From: Leucoraja erinacea
Lineage: Eukaryota
Direction: 5' to 3'
NCBI RefSeq assembly: GCF_028641065.1
Contig: NC_073393.1
Coordinates: 20,708,001 to 20,772,000 of the forward strand
Length of the DNA: 64,000 bases
Position 1 is the first letter of the stretch, and every line of letters starts with the position of its first letter. Below, piece after piece: positions 1 to 12,315 of the stretch. Position numbers and translations under genes: made by a program. The notes under the pieces are model-generated. The model made no database searches. It saw nothing but the letters and a program-made list of their open reading frames with translations, and was not told the DNA's origin.

Positions 1-3000
1 AGATGTAAGAGGGACCTCAAAGGGGCAGGTTTATCACTCAGAGGGTAGTCCATATCTGGATTAAGCTGCCAGAGGAAGCTCTCGAATGGGATACAATTAA
101 GACTTTTAAAAGACACTTGGGCAGATACATGGATAGGAAGGACTTAGAGGGTTGTGGACCAACTGCAGGTAAACAGGACTAGCCCAGAAAGCCAACTTGA
201 CTTGGTCGGCACAGACATGGTTGGCTGAAGGTCCTGTTTCCACACCGTAGAACACCTTGAGATGCAAGTAATGGGACAGAAGGCAACCATTGTCCTGATT
301 GTTGAGTCTGATGTAATGATGCATGGTGTCCGATGCCCAGAAATTGCCAGCAGTGAGCAGAAACCATGGTCAATTTAGGATTATTGCAGTTTCCAGGGGC
401 AGGGCAGTGAATGTGGAGAGACTAGGATGGAACCAACACTGAGCAGTCTGTGGTCAGTTGTGGCTGATTCCTGCCTCTGTGTTCCATTATACCAGGGGCT
501 GGGCACACACTCCTCAGGGCATCATTATCCCAGTACATACCGCAGGCCATTGCAGCTTCCCACCCTCCAGAAACTCCCCGAATCTACCTGCAACAAACCG
601 GCGAAACATTGGTTCAGACCCTGAGCCACAGGAGATGCCAGAGTGCGACCGCACAGCTTGGCCGAGGAGGGAGGTGTGAGGAGCGCGTCTGATGGGCAGA
701 TTGAGGAGGGGGTTCTGGAGCAGAGGCCCCGGGCAGCTGATGGCAAGGGACTGACAAAGGGACAAGGGACTTGGAACAGCGGACTGACAAACCGTGCATA
801 ACCCAGAGTGTAGTGACACCCAGCAGAGTCTCAAGCACCTGTATACGTGGCCTGCAATACTTTTTAAATTTTCCGTCAAAATGTTTGTGGTGGAAAAGCT
901 GTTCATGAGTGTGTGGCAGGAGATGGTGATGTGATGAAATACTCATGGACAATGTCCATTCCTGCAGTCTAACGCCCCTCCCTCAGTTTTCTCTTTCACC
1001 CAATGCCCTAACAACCCCCATCTCCTCTCCTTCCTGCCCATCTGCTCCCCTCAGTGCCTAGCTCCCTCCTTTCAGCCCCCAGGTCCTTCACCCTCCTCTC
1101 AGTCCCCTGCTCCCTCTCCTCTCTTTCCCTCAGCCCCCCTACTCCTCTCGCCTACCCCAGTTCCCTCTCTCTCCCTACCCCAGGTCCTTCCCTGGGTTCC
1201 ATATATGCAGCGATCCAACAGCGCCACCTGCCGGCCATGACGGGGACTGGGTGGTGAACCTGTGGAATTCATTGCCACAGATGGCTGTCGGCATGTCATT
1301 AGGTATTTCTTAAGGCAGAGATTGACAGATTCTTGATTAGCAAGGGTGTCAGGGTAACGGGGAGGTGGCAGGAGAATGGGGTTGAGAACTTATGACAGCC
1401 TGGACCAGCGTCAAGAGAGAGACAGGAGGCCATTGGCCTGTCATACCTGTGCTACCCTTCAGAAACATTTACTAGTCACCGGTCCACATCTATATGGGCA
1501 GATCCATGAGTATGGAGAACACTGGAGCAGCTTGTGGTGAGCCACTCCAAATTCCCATTGACCACTAGAGTGATTTCTCATCTGTGCAGCCTTGTTCTCA
1601 TTTTAAAATTATTCCTCGTCCTTATTTTCCAGCTGAGGAAAGAATTATTTTGTCGTTATGCAACTTTTTTTTAACCATTTACATCGAGTCCACCCTCTTG
1701 TCCCTCCTTTAAACAAGGGAGTTCAAGGCTGGATTTTGCTGCATCAATGCTTGCCTTCATCGCCCACCCACCCACCTTTGATTTGCACTTTGCAGTCTCC
1801 CAGTCCCATCACAGCAAGTCAGAAGGCTAAGTGTACGCTGGGCTACCGTGCATGAGGATTTGAATATCTGAATAGAGCAGGTGCAACCGGCGATAGAATA
1901 CTGTGCACAGGTCTGGTCTCCCTCTTCACACTGTTACACTGGTGACAGAGGCAGCAGAGTGACAGGTTCACTAGACTGATTTCTGAGATGCTATTTGCTG
2001 CAAGGAGAGGCTGAGCCTGTACTCTCACAAGTTCAGAAGAAAGAGGTGATCTGTTTGAAATGTATAAACGTGTTGCAGGACTTGGCAGAGTAGATACTTG
2101 GTGGCGTTTCTCTCGACTAAGTCATGTGGAACCAAGTGTCAAATCTCAAAATAAGCAAATTTCAAACAAGTGAAACAAAAACTGAAAATACCCAGCATGT
2201 CAGGCTGCCTCTGTGGGACGCGAAACAGAATCAACATTACAGGCTGAATAACCTTCATCTGAGGCATTCTGACCTGAAACAGTGACTATTTCTCTTCCCA
2301 AATGGCAACTTGAACATGCTGAGTATTTCCTGCATTTTTTGTTTTTGTCCCAAAATGAGAGGTCAGCTATTTAGGACTGAGATGCAAAGAATTTTGCACA
2401 CATGGATCTTTGGAATTTTTCTACCTCAGTGAGCAGTGGAGCTCAGGCATGAAGTAAATTCCAGTCAGAGACTGACTGATTGATCTTTAGATGTTGAGAG
2501 ATTGAAAGGTCATGGTTTCACCAGCTCAGAATGTCCCAAGGAGCTCAGAGTCAATTGCTAATTTCATGACGTGGCTAATGTTTTAATTCCAATCCGTATA
2601 CAGAAGGATGCCACAAGCAGCAGTTAGATAATAACCAGATTTCAGGTGGTGGTTGAGGAATGGGCATCAGCAATCAAACCCTGGCAGCTGTATTTCCTCC
2701 ACTCCTTCCATTCACATAGGAATTTTTATTTCCATCCAACAGAGCCTGTGACGAACATTTCATTGATGGTTCCCTTAGCATTGATCATACAAATGCTAGT
2801 TATGTCTTCACTGTGTATCCCAAACCCAACCAGCAGCTGGCACTAATCCACACTCAGCCTGCGCTACATCACCCAGATTAGAGAGTTTGAGTTTAGTTTA
2901 TCGTCATATTAACTGAGGAACAGTGAAAAGATTTTGTTGCATGCTAACCAGCCAATGGAAAGACAATACAGGATTACAATCAAGTCATACACAGTGTACA

Positions 3001-3502
3001 GTAACAAGATAAAGGAAATAATGTGAATAACATTTAGTGCAAGATAAATCCAGTAAAATCGGATCAAAGATCGTCTGAGGGTCTCCATTGAGGTAGATAG
3101 TAGTTCAGGTCTGCTCTCTAGGTGTTGGTAGGATGGTTCAATTGCCTGATACCAGCTGGGAAAAATTAGGTGTTTAAGAGGGAACTGTAGATGCTGGAGA
3201 ATCGAAGGTTACACAGAAAAGCTGGAGAAACTCAGCGGGTGCAGCAGCATCTATGGAGCGAAGGAAATAGGCAACGTTTCGGGCATGAGATGAAAAGGCA
3301 GAAGGTGTGAGACAGGGACAGAAGAGGGTGCATTGTGAATCCAGAGGAAGGAATATTGGAGGATGGGGAGAAATGAGTCCAGATGGAGGACAAGGCCAGG
3401 GGGGTGGGGGTGGGGGGATGGAAAAAGGAGATTGATTGTGAGTTAATCAGCCTAAACGGTAGAATTTGATGTTCATGTTGTTTGGTTGTTTTTCTTCTTT
3501 AG

Positions 3503-4588
3503 GGAGCACGAGACTGGGACCACAACGCGGCCACTCAGCCCATCCTCATCTCCGACCCTGCGATAAGCCCCGCCCAACTGTGTACAGACACGCCCCCTCT
3601 GCGACAAGCCCCGCCCCCGGGCACGACTCTCCGCGGCCGGAGGCGCAGGCGTAGAAGGAAGGCGCCGGGTGGCGCGATGTCACCTCAGCGCCGCTTGGGG
3701 GCGCCGCAGCTGGAGGACCAGCAGCAAGGCCTGGGGCGGCAGGGACGCGGGCGCCTGAGGGCGGTGCAGGATGGCCGCCGGCGGCTGGTGGACGAGGCCT
3801 GTCTCCAGTACCGCGGTGACGGGATGTCGGGCTCCAGGCTGCCGGCCCCACACCACGTCTCCCGCATCTACGTGGAGGACCGGCACCGCCTGCTGTACTG
3901 CGAGGTGCCGAAGGCCGGCTGCTCCAACTGGAAGCGGGTGCTGATGGTGCTGAGCGGCCTGGCCAACTCGCCGGCCCACATCCAGCACCAGGCCGCACAC
4001 TACAGCAACTCGCTGCGGCGTCTCGACAGCTACGACCGCGCCGGCATGGCTCGCCGACTGCGCACCTACACCAAGGCGCTGTTCGTGCGGGAGCCGCTGG
4101 AGCGCCTGGTCTCCGCATTCCGCGACAAGTTCGAGCAGCCCAACACTTACTACCACCCGGTCTTCGGCCGCGCCATCATCGCCCGCTACCGGCCCAACGC
4201 CACCCGCCAGGCCCTGAGCTCCGGATCGGGCGTCACCTTCCCCGAGTTCGTGCGCTATCTGCTGGACCCGCGGCGGCCACTCGGCCTCGACATACACTGG
4301 GAACGCGTCGGTCGCCTCTGCAGCCCCTGCCTTGTCCGCTACGACTTCATCGGCCGCTTCGAGAACCTGGCGGCCGAGGCTGAGGCGCTCCTGCGCCTGG
4401 TCGGGGCCCCCGCCAACCTCACCTTCCCCCGCTTCAAGGACCGGCACCGGCGGGAGGAACGCACCGGGCCGCAACTCAGCCGCCGCTACCTCGCCCAGCT
4501 GTCGGCCGACGAGCGCCGCCGCGCACAGGACTTTTACCTGACCGACTATGCCATGTTCAACTATTCGCGGCCCTTCGGCCCAGGGTGA
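3503..4588 (+). CDS. CHST8: Carbohydrate sulfotransferase 8 (GalNAc-4-O-sulfotransferase 1), terminal coding exon (stem region plus catalytic domain)
   Basis: Acceptor tttcttctttag ends at 3502. The frame is open from 3503 (GARDWDH...GTTLRGRRRRRRRK...) into the listed ORF 3677-4588. It has the 5'-PAPS motif YCEVPKAGCSNWKRVLMVL, the 3'-PAPS motif FVREPLERLVSAFRDKF, HW..V..LCSPC..YDFIG and a C-terminal DY.MFNYS.PF. It closely resembles human CHST8 as I recall it. Upstream exons (transmembrane anchor) were not found in the window. Confidence 0.93.
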   Translation, partial: GARDWDHNAATQPILISDPAISPAQLCTDTPPLRQAPPPGTTLRGRRRRRRRKAPGGAMSPQRRLGAPQLEDQQQGLGRQGRGRLRAVQDGRRRLVDEACLQYRGDGMSGSRLPAPHHVSRIYVEDRHRLLYCEVPKAGCSNWKRVLMVLSGLANSPAHIQHQAAHYSNSLRRLDSYDRAGMARRLRTYTKALFVREPLERLVSAFRDKFEQPNTYYHPVFGRAIIARYRPNATRQALSSGSGVTFPEFVRYLLDPRRPLGLDIHWERVGRLCSPCLVRYDFIGRFENLAAEAEALLRLVGAPANLTFPRFKDRHRREERTGPQLSRRYLAQLSADERRRAQDFYLTDYAMFNYSRPFGPG

Positions 4589-6734
4589 GGGCAAGGGTCG
4601 GCGCCATGGAGATGGGGGGCGTGACCTGGGGACCAAGTGGGGTAGAGATGGGAGCGGAGCCTATGTACTGGAAGCAGAGACAGTGCTGGAGTAACTCAGC
4701 GAATCAGGCAGCATCTCTGGAGATATTTTTTTATCTCCAGAGAAGTTGCCCGACCGGCCGAGTTCGTGTCTATCTTTGGTATGAACCAGCAGCTGCAGTT
4801 TCTTTGTTTCTACACGATGTATTAGACTAGAGGATGGGGTATGCACAGGGAGAGGGGGCTTTAAGGAACATGCCCAGGCAAGATTGACTCTTGAGTTTAT
4901 ACTCCCCAGTCTCCTAAAGGCCCTCCACCGTCCATTCTGCCCAGTTCTGGAGCATCCTCACTCAATTCCAAGGTAATGCATCCTAACTCTCGTCACCCAG
5001 TGCAAAGCATTCACAAAGGGTGAGGGTTACACTGGTGATGGGGACAGGGTAGGAGGGAACACAGCATTCCACCCCAGTACAGAGCTATTGCTCCTTTCTC
5101 CAAACCTCACATTTGTTATTTGTTTATTATTGTCCTGTGTACTGAGATACAATGATGAACTTTGCGTGCTATCCATTCAAACCATATTATACACGTTCAA
5201 ACAAGCCATACAGAAATACAACAGGTAGTCATAGTTGTATAGCATTGAAAGGATAAAGTAGGATTGGATAGTTTGGGATTTTTTTTCCCCTTTAGCGTGG
5301 GAGGCTGAAGGATGTCCTTACAGAGGTTTCTAAAATGGTCAGTCTTTTTTTCCAGGGTTAGGGAATCTAAAAGTAGAGGGCTCAAATAGAAGGTGAGAGG
5401 AGAAAGATTAATAAGGAGCCTGAGGGGCAACATTTTCCCACAGGGTGGTGAATATATGGAAGGCAGGGGCTACATGGGTTAGGGCAAGTACAATTGCAGC
5501 ATTTAAAATACATTTGGACAGATAAACGGATAGGAAGAATTTGGAGGGATATGGGACAAACACAGGTAGGCAACTTGGACCTAAGGGCATGTTCCCATGT
5601 TATCTAACTGATACTTTAAAATAATAGGTTTAAGGTGTTTAGGGTACATGGTATAGGTATGGAGGGAAGAAAATGTAGATGGAGCGGAGATTCTGTTGGA
5701 CTGCCTACGGAATTGTTCCACAGCTCTCCAGTCCCAGTGAGCTTGCAAAACAGAATATCCATCCTAGGCCCACAGTATAATCCCACGTTTATTCCAGATT
5801 CCACTCTCTTTCTCTGACGCCTCTGTCCCTTCACCTGTTCAACAATCTTTTGTTGAACCCTCCCCTCCTCTTTGTCTGCCTGATTTCCCCCAATCCTATT
5901 TATTTTAGCCCCAGTCAATGACCTTCCCAGTGTATTGTAGTGAGGTCATCCTTAGTTGCTAAGACTTCGGTGCCTTTTACAAACCCATACCTGATCTTGT
6001 GGGGAGCTCATTGCGTGGCTCGTAGTCACTGATTGAGAGAGTGGGATGGTTTCAAATTCAACTTGGGCTGCATGGATGAAAGGTTTTGTTGACTAAATAT
6101 CCTTCTGTGAATTTAACCTCAAAGTGGTCTCAAGCCAGTTTTCCAGTGAAACATTGGGAGCTGTTGCTGGAACTCTTCAGAGAGTCTACATTCCATTTAT
6201 TCCTTTTTTCCACATTTCTATGTTCTTCTTGGTCTGATAAGGCAGCTTCACTTTGTATCCAACCCCTGCTCTTCCTGCTCCAAGCGTGTGCGACGGAATC
6301 ATCGGGCGGAAGCTTCACTCTGTACTTAACAAAGTGTTCTTTTGTCCTTCCTCAGTAGGAACTCTCTGATCATTCTGTGCTCCCTTGGTACTTCATAGAA
6401 ATAAATATGTTGTGTGCTGTGGAGAGGGAGCTGCACACTGTCTGTTGAACCTGTGATGGTTAGCTCTGGCTGTATTGACATCTCTTGCCTCATTGACTAT
6501 AACAATTGAAAGACTACGATGAAAATGGTATAAATAGTTTTGTTTTTCAGGGCTAGTATTGTGGCAGCGTGGTGACATTTTATTTAAGGATAAGATAGAG
6601 AATTTATGGGAAATAATTGTATCGTAGCACATTAAATGTGAGTTGTGTGGTTCTGTGACTGGTGTACATTAGGAGGCTGGACCTTTTATAACCCATCAAA
6701 TGTGAATTGTAAATTTAACTGAGATTTCTTGTGC

Positions 6735-6740
6735 AATAAA
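6735..6740 (+). promoter_or_regulatory. Candidate CHST8 polyadenylation signal (AATAAA)
   Basis: AATAAA at the end of an AT-rich non-repeat stretch about 2.1 kb after the CHST8 stop, followed by T-rich sequence. Motif evidence only. Confidence 0.3.
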
Positions 6741-6996
6741 TTATATTAAAACCTTTTCCAATAATTGCATATACTGCCTTCTACCTTAGATTTTCTATCC
6801 ACAGTGACAAAATGGAAAGAGTTTGTATTTCTAAAGCATCTTTCACATCCTCTGAACGTGCTATGAAAAACGCAGTGACAGAATTATGCACATAAAAATC
6901 CCACAGAGGGAATGTGGAAATTGAACATAGAACCGTAAAGACACAAAAAGATGGAGTAACCCAGCGGGACAGGCAGCATCTCTGGAGAGAAGGAAT

Positions 6997-7031
6997 GGGT
7001 GACGTTTCGGGTCGAGACCCTTCTTCAGACT
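6997..7031 (-). ncRNA. Minimal type I hammerhead ribozyme motif (Penelope-associated)
   Basis: Minus strand reads agt-CTGAAGA-a-GGGT(CTCG)ACCC-GAAA-C-GTC-accc: CUGANGA core, stem II hairpin, GAAA, palindromic ACGT stem III and a GUC cleavage triplet. Confidence 0.65.
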
Positions 7032-7289
7032 GGATGGGATAAAAGCTGTAATAGCATAAGGGAAGGGAATAAAAGCTGTATTAGTATAAGGGTCTCGACC
7101 CGAAACATCACCCATTCCTTCTCTCCAGAGATGCTGCCTTCCCGCTGAGTTACTCCAGCTTTTTGTGTCTATCTTCAGTTAAAACCAGCTTCTTATACAT
7201 AGTACAGCACAGGAACAGGCCCTTCTGCTCATGTCAGTGCTGAACGTGATGCTAAATTTAAGTAATCCCATCTGCCCGCTTATGATCTA

Positions 7290-9370
7290 TATCACTGTCC
7301 GATTTCCCTCTATTAACACTCTACTCTGCCTAGCAGAGCTGGTCCACACCATCAACAACTTCCCCTTTGATTCCACGCACACTTCAACTCCAAGACGTAG
7401 TTATGAGCACCCGCATGGCCCCAGCTATGCCTGCCTCTACGAAGGGTACGTTGAACAAACCCTGTTCCAGGCATACACTGGCCCTATACCCAAACTCTAT
7501 CTCTGTTACATTGATGACTGCATCGGTGCTACCTCAGCAGCACCCATGCAGAACTCATGGACTTAATCTACTTCACCACTAAATTTCATCCTGCACTCAA
7601 ATTTACTTGGACCATCTCTGACACCTCCCTCCCCTTTCTTGATCTCAGTCTCCATCACAAGAAATAGACTATTGATTGATGTCTATTACAACCCTACTCC
7701 CACATTCCTCAGTTCTTGCAAGAACTCTATCCCCTACTCCCAATTCCTCAGTCTACGCCTAATCTGCGCCCAGGAGAGGTGTTCAAACTAGAACATCAAA
7801 GATCTCCGCATTCTTTAGGGAACGGGGGTTCCCCTCTCCCATCATAAATGAGGCCCTCACTCGTGTCTCCTCTGTACCCTGAAGCTTCGCCCTTGTTCCC
7901 CCTCCCCCTAGTCGCAACAGAGACACAGTCGCCCTAGTCCTTGCCTTCCACCCCATCAGCCATCGCATTCAACACATAATCCCCCAAAATATCTGCCATG
8001 GGCACCTGCATGGACCCCAGCTATGCCTGCCTCTTTGTAGGATACGTTGAACAATCCCTGTTTCAGAGGTACACTAGGCCCTATCCCCGAACTCTATCTC
8101 TGATACATTGATGACTGCTTCAGTGCTACATCCTCAACTTCACCACCAATTTTTATCCTGTACTCAAATTTACTAGGACCATCTCGGACCTCTCCCTCCC
8201 CTTTCTTGATCTCAGTCTCCATCACAGGAAATAGACTATTGACTTGCGTCTATTACAAACCCACTGACTCCTACAACTGTCTCGACTACACTTCTTCCCA
8301 CCCTGTCTACGCCGCATCTGCGCCCAAGATGAGGTGTTTCATACTAGAACATCCGAGATGTCCCAATTCTTTAGGGAAGGGGGGTTCCCCTCTCCTATCA
8401 TAAATGAGACCCTCACTCGTGACTCCTTGGTACCCTGTAACTCCATCCTTGCTCCCCCTCCCCCTCACCCTAGTCACAACAGAGACAGTCCCCCTAGTCC
8501 TTCCCTTTCACCCCATCAGCCATCACATACAACACATAATCCTCCAAAATCTCCGCCACCTCCAACGGGATACCACCGCTAGCCACATTTTCCTATCTCT
8601 ACCCCTTTCCGCCTCCGCAGAGACCGTTCCCTCCGCAACTCCCTGGTTAACTCCTCCCTTCCCACCCAAACCACCCCCTCCCCAGGTACTTTCCCCTGCA
8701 ATCGCAGAAGATGCAACACCTATCCCTATACCTCCTCCCTTGACTGTCCAGGGACCCCGACAGTCCTTTCAGGTTATGCAGAGGTTCACTTGCACCTCCT
8801 CCAACCTCATCTACTGTATCCGTTGTTGAAGATGTGGATTCTTATACATCGGTGAAGCTAAACGTCGACTGGGCGATCGTTTCGCGGAGCACCTTCGTTC
8901 AACCCGCCTGAACCTACCTGATCTCCCGGTTGCGAAACACGTTAATTGTCTTTCCCATTCCCACACAGACCTTTCTGTCCTAGGTCTCCTCCATTGTCAG
9001 AGTGAGATTAAACGCAAATTGGAGGAACAGCATCTCATATTTCGCTTGGCCAGCTTACAGCCCAGTGGTATGAATAATGATTTCTCTCACTTAAGGTAGC
9101 CCCAACATTCCCACTCTCTCTGTCCCTCCAAAAGTGCACTAGCTTCTACTTTTCACCTGACAAACAGGTAACAATGGCATGTTTCCTTTATCACCGTTAC
9201 TTTTTTACATATCTTTTATTCGTTGTTCTTTATCTCTCTACATCATCGTCTATATCTCTCGTTTCTCTTATCCCTAACCAGAGGAATGGTCTCGACCTGA
9301 AACGTCACCCATTCCTTCTCTCCAGAGATGCTGCCTGTCCCACTGAGTTACTCCAGCATTTTGTGTCTAC
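7290..9370 (+). mobile_element. Penelope-like retroelement, decayed, with internal partial tandem duplication
   Basis: RT motifs GPSYACLY.GYVEQ.LF and YIDDCIG; GIY-YIG region FTCTSSNLIYCIRC..CG.LYIGE.KRRLGDRF.EHL at about 8785-8900; segment ~7410-7990 recurs at ~8010-8550; degenerate hammerhead-bearing tail at 9285-9370. Confidence 0.85.
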
Positions 9371-9921
9371 CCAGCTCCTGACTTGTTCTTTTTTGAAGCT
9401 GCAGGCAAGTCTGTTCCTGCAGGGTACCCAATCTCCAACCTGCCTGTGTAGTCCCACTGTTTATGTGGCTGGTCTGGTTAGGTTTCTAACAAACCAAAGT
9501 GGTCACATTAGAATTTGAATATCAGTGTAACATGCTATTCTCATTTCCTCTTCCATTGTGTTCTTTCTGAGTGGACAAGAAGTACTGATGGGGTTTTAAA
9601 ATTGTGCCACATATGTTTAAAGTGGTATTCATGCCATTATCTACAAGTTATGCATGGAATGGATCCATCAGTTACTGCAGTGATCTGTAGAGAGCCATGG
9701 GTGCCACTTGGCTGCGAAAAAAAAAATCAACACTTATTTGAAGATGAGGAATGAAGATGAATTCAGAGAAAGCCAGGGGTTCCAGCTACAGCTCCAGGGA
9801 CAAATCAACGGGGATGTAGAATGTTCAGGTGCCCACCTCTTTAATGTATTCAGATCTTTTGTTAACACGAGAAGCTTACTGTTGCACTTCCTGTGTACCC
9901 ATTCCCACAGGTTGACTCATC

Positions 9922-10126
9922 TTACTGAACTTTTTCTTTTCTCTTAAGTACAACAAATAGTTTCTTCATCATGAAAACAATGAGTAATACAATAATTAGT
10001 GTTAATGATCCCAGGAAAATTATTACATCCACAGAGTAATAAACGTACCATGGAAGTTTGTAAGATTCGAAGCGTAATTGTGCTGCACCTTTGTGTCGAG
10101 CAGTGTACTCAATCCAGAAAATGGCT
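9922..10126 (-). pseudogene. UGT relic: last 67 codons plus stop of a further paralog
   Basis: Minus strand translates [67 protein letters not shown], followed by its own diverged copy of the UGT 3' flank (~9372-9921). Confidence 0.85.
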
Positions 10127-10546
10127 GGTTTGGTTAGGTTTGTGTCAATCCAAAGTGGTCATTCTCTAACTAATTCCCCTTCTTTTGTGTTATTTCTGCA
10201 TGGACAGGAAGTGCTGATAGGCTAAAAATGGTGCCACATTGGGTAAATGTGATGTTCATGCCAGTATCTACAACTTTTGTGTGGAATGGATCCATCAGGT
10301 GGTGCACTTGTGATCTATAGAGCACTAGAGAGTCAGAGCGAAAGACAGTGGATGCTACTTGGCTATGAAAGAATTCAATATTTATTTGAAGATAAAGAAG
10401 GTGACTTCATAGAAAGCCAGGTGTTCCAGCTGTAAGACAAGTCAAATGGGATACAAATGTTTAATCTTTAATGTGTTCAGATGTTTCATTAATACAAAAA
10501 GCTTAGTTACACTTCCTCAGCACCCATTCCCACAGATTGACCAATC

Positions 10547-12157
10547 TTACTGAACTTTTTCTTTTCTCTTCAGTAGAACAAACAGTTTCTTCATCATGAA
10601 AACTATGAGTAATACAATAATCAGTGTTATTGATCCCAGGAAAATGATTACATCCACAGAGTAATAAACGTACCATGGAAATTTGTAAGATTCAGAGCGT
10701 AATTGTGCTGCGCCTTTGTGTCGGGCAGTGTACTCAATCCAGAAAATGGCTCTTTCCATTGGGGTCTCTGGCTGATCCCTGTGGAGAAGAGAGAGTTTCT
10801 GCATGTTTTCTCGATAAGTGGAGTTATTTAGGACTTCATTAAGTGCCGACACTAGATCTGATGACTGGAGAAATGCAACATTGACCACCTTTGCTGCTCC
10901 TCTAGTTTCAAGTCTGACCATATTATCAAACTGGTCATAAAACAATGGTAGGCCAACCACCGGCACCCCATGATAGATCGCTTCATATAGTCCATTGGTG
11001 CCACCATGAGAAATGAAGGCTCGAGTCTTGGCATGGCCCAGTAGGTCATTCTGAGGAATCCATTTTGCTATGAGGGTGTTATTTCCAATATTGGGAGGGA
11101 TGTCTCCATTGTGTCTCCAAATGACCTTTTGGGGTATTTGGGCAAGGGCTTCAGCGATTTTCATTGTAAGATCCAAAGATAAAGTGTCTATAATAGTACC
11201 CAGTGACATCACAACAATACCATGCTCCCCAGAGCTGTCAACAAACGTTTGTAGCTCTTCATCCAGTGGTTTAGGTGGTTGACATTGGAAACCTCCGATG
11301 TACACAAAGTTTGGCATCGTAGGTCGCGGAAATTCAAGTACGAAATCTATTCTCATCAACCACACATCTGCCCTTAGGAGAACCGTCTTGATAGCAATGT
11401 CTCTGCCGAGGTATTTCTGGCACAAATCCTCGTACAAGGGATTAATCACAAACTCGGAAATACCAAACTGAAGGATATGTTGCAGGACATTATGAACTCG
11501 TTGAAGAAAACTCATTTTGTCTGTTAATTGGGATCTGAAGACTGGGACATAGGAGGGTGGAGATGGGGCAGCAAAGAAATGAGCATCTTCAGCAGTCATC
11601 CATCGGACATTGTACACCAATGGGATGTTGAAATAATAAGCAAGCATTGGGCCTGCATAAACAATTGGATCTGCAAGTATCAAGTCAAAGTTTGCATCTG
11701 CAATTTGCTCCAGCAATGCCTTGTCCTCAAAAATTGAGATGGTGACGCGCCTCAACCAAAGATGGCCCTCATGCATGAACATAGTTAGCTGAAACTGAAG
11801 CTGGAGAAATGTCCATAGTGGGATGTTGGCTTTGGAGGTGGCCAATGTGTTTTGTACCAAAGTTTGCATGCCATTAGCATCTTCCAACAACCCCGTACTT
11901 CCATGTGACTCGATGATCAGGGAGTGATAAAACTCTGGTTCCTTCTTGATGTACCAGGATGTTGATGAATGAAGTACAGTAATATTGTGTTCATGGCGTC
12001 TCAGTTCTTTCACTAGAACCCTCATGTTGACCCAGTGGCTTCCATCAAATGGGACGACCAGTATGTTAGCCGCATAAGTAACTGAACACGAAAGAGTTAT
12101 GATGATACCAAGAGCACACGTGACTAATACGCTGGTGTTCCTTTGAGAAAATCCCAT
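10547..12157 (-). CDS. UDP-glucuronosyltransferase with single-exon CDS (UGT5-like), copy A, 536 aa
   Basis: Signal peptide, catalytic FDGSHW, LADP, PSPPSYVP, UGT signature WIPQNDLLGH...HGGTNGLYEAIYHGVPVVGLPLFYDQ, C-terminal TM helix and KEKVQ (KxKxx). Splice acceptor ttccaaacag 25 nt upstream of the ATG; AATAAA on the minus strand at 10381-10386. Confidence 0.95.
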   Translation of the reverse strand: MGFSQRNTSVLVTCALGIIITLSCSVTYAANILVVPFDGSHWVNMRVLVKELRRHEHNITVLHSSTSWYIKKEPEFYHSLIIESHGSTGLLEDANGMQTLVQNTLATSKANIPLWTFLQLQFQLTMFMHEGHLWLRRVTISIFEDKALLEQIADANFDLILADPIVYAGPMLAYYFNIPLVYNVRWMTAEDAHFFAAPSPPSYVPVFRSQLTDKMSFLQRVHNVLQHILQFGISEFVINPLYEDLCQKYLGRDIAIKTVLLRADVWLMRIDFVLEFPRPTMPNFVYIGGFQCQPPKPLDEELQTFVDSSGEHGIVVMSLGTIIDTLSLDLTMKIAEALAQIPQKVIWRHNGDIPPNIGNNTLIAKWIPQNDLLGHAKTRAFISHGGTNGLYEAIYHGVPVVGLPLFYDQFDNMVRLETRGAAKVVNVAFLQSSDLVSALNEVLNNSTYRENMQKLSLLHRDQPETPMERAIFWIEYTARHKGAAQLRSESYKFPWYVYYSVDVIIFLGSITLIIVLLIVFMMKKLFVLLKRKEKVQ

Positions 12158-12315
12158 TTTGAATCAAATAGATGTACAAATCCTGTTTGGAAATTACATA
12201 AATTGTTAAATAAACAATATAAATTGGAAATTTAATCAGAAGGACCAGCGCAGCAAGTGTATGCAAACACAACTTGGAGGTTTCCCTCCAGGTCACACCT
12301 CACCCAGCATCTTCA

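Noticed and set aside
975-1200. Pyrimidine-rich tract with a 67-aa Ser/Pro/Leu ORF
   Set aside because: Low-complexity sequence without splice or coding support.
3677-3679. ATG at 3677 as the CHST8 start
   Set aside because: The frame is open back to a good splice acceptor at 3502, and the N-terminal membrane anchor is missing, so this is an internal Met.
3546-4636. Long antisense ORFs (318 aa and 190 aa) overlapping CHST8
   Set aside because: Shadow ORFs of a very GC-rich coding exon; no recognisable domain.
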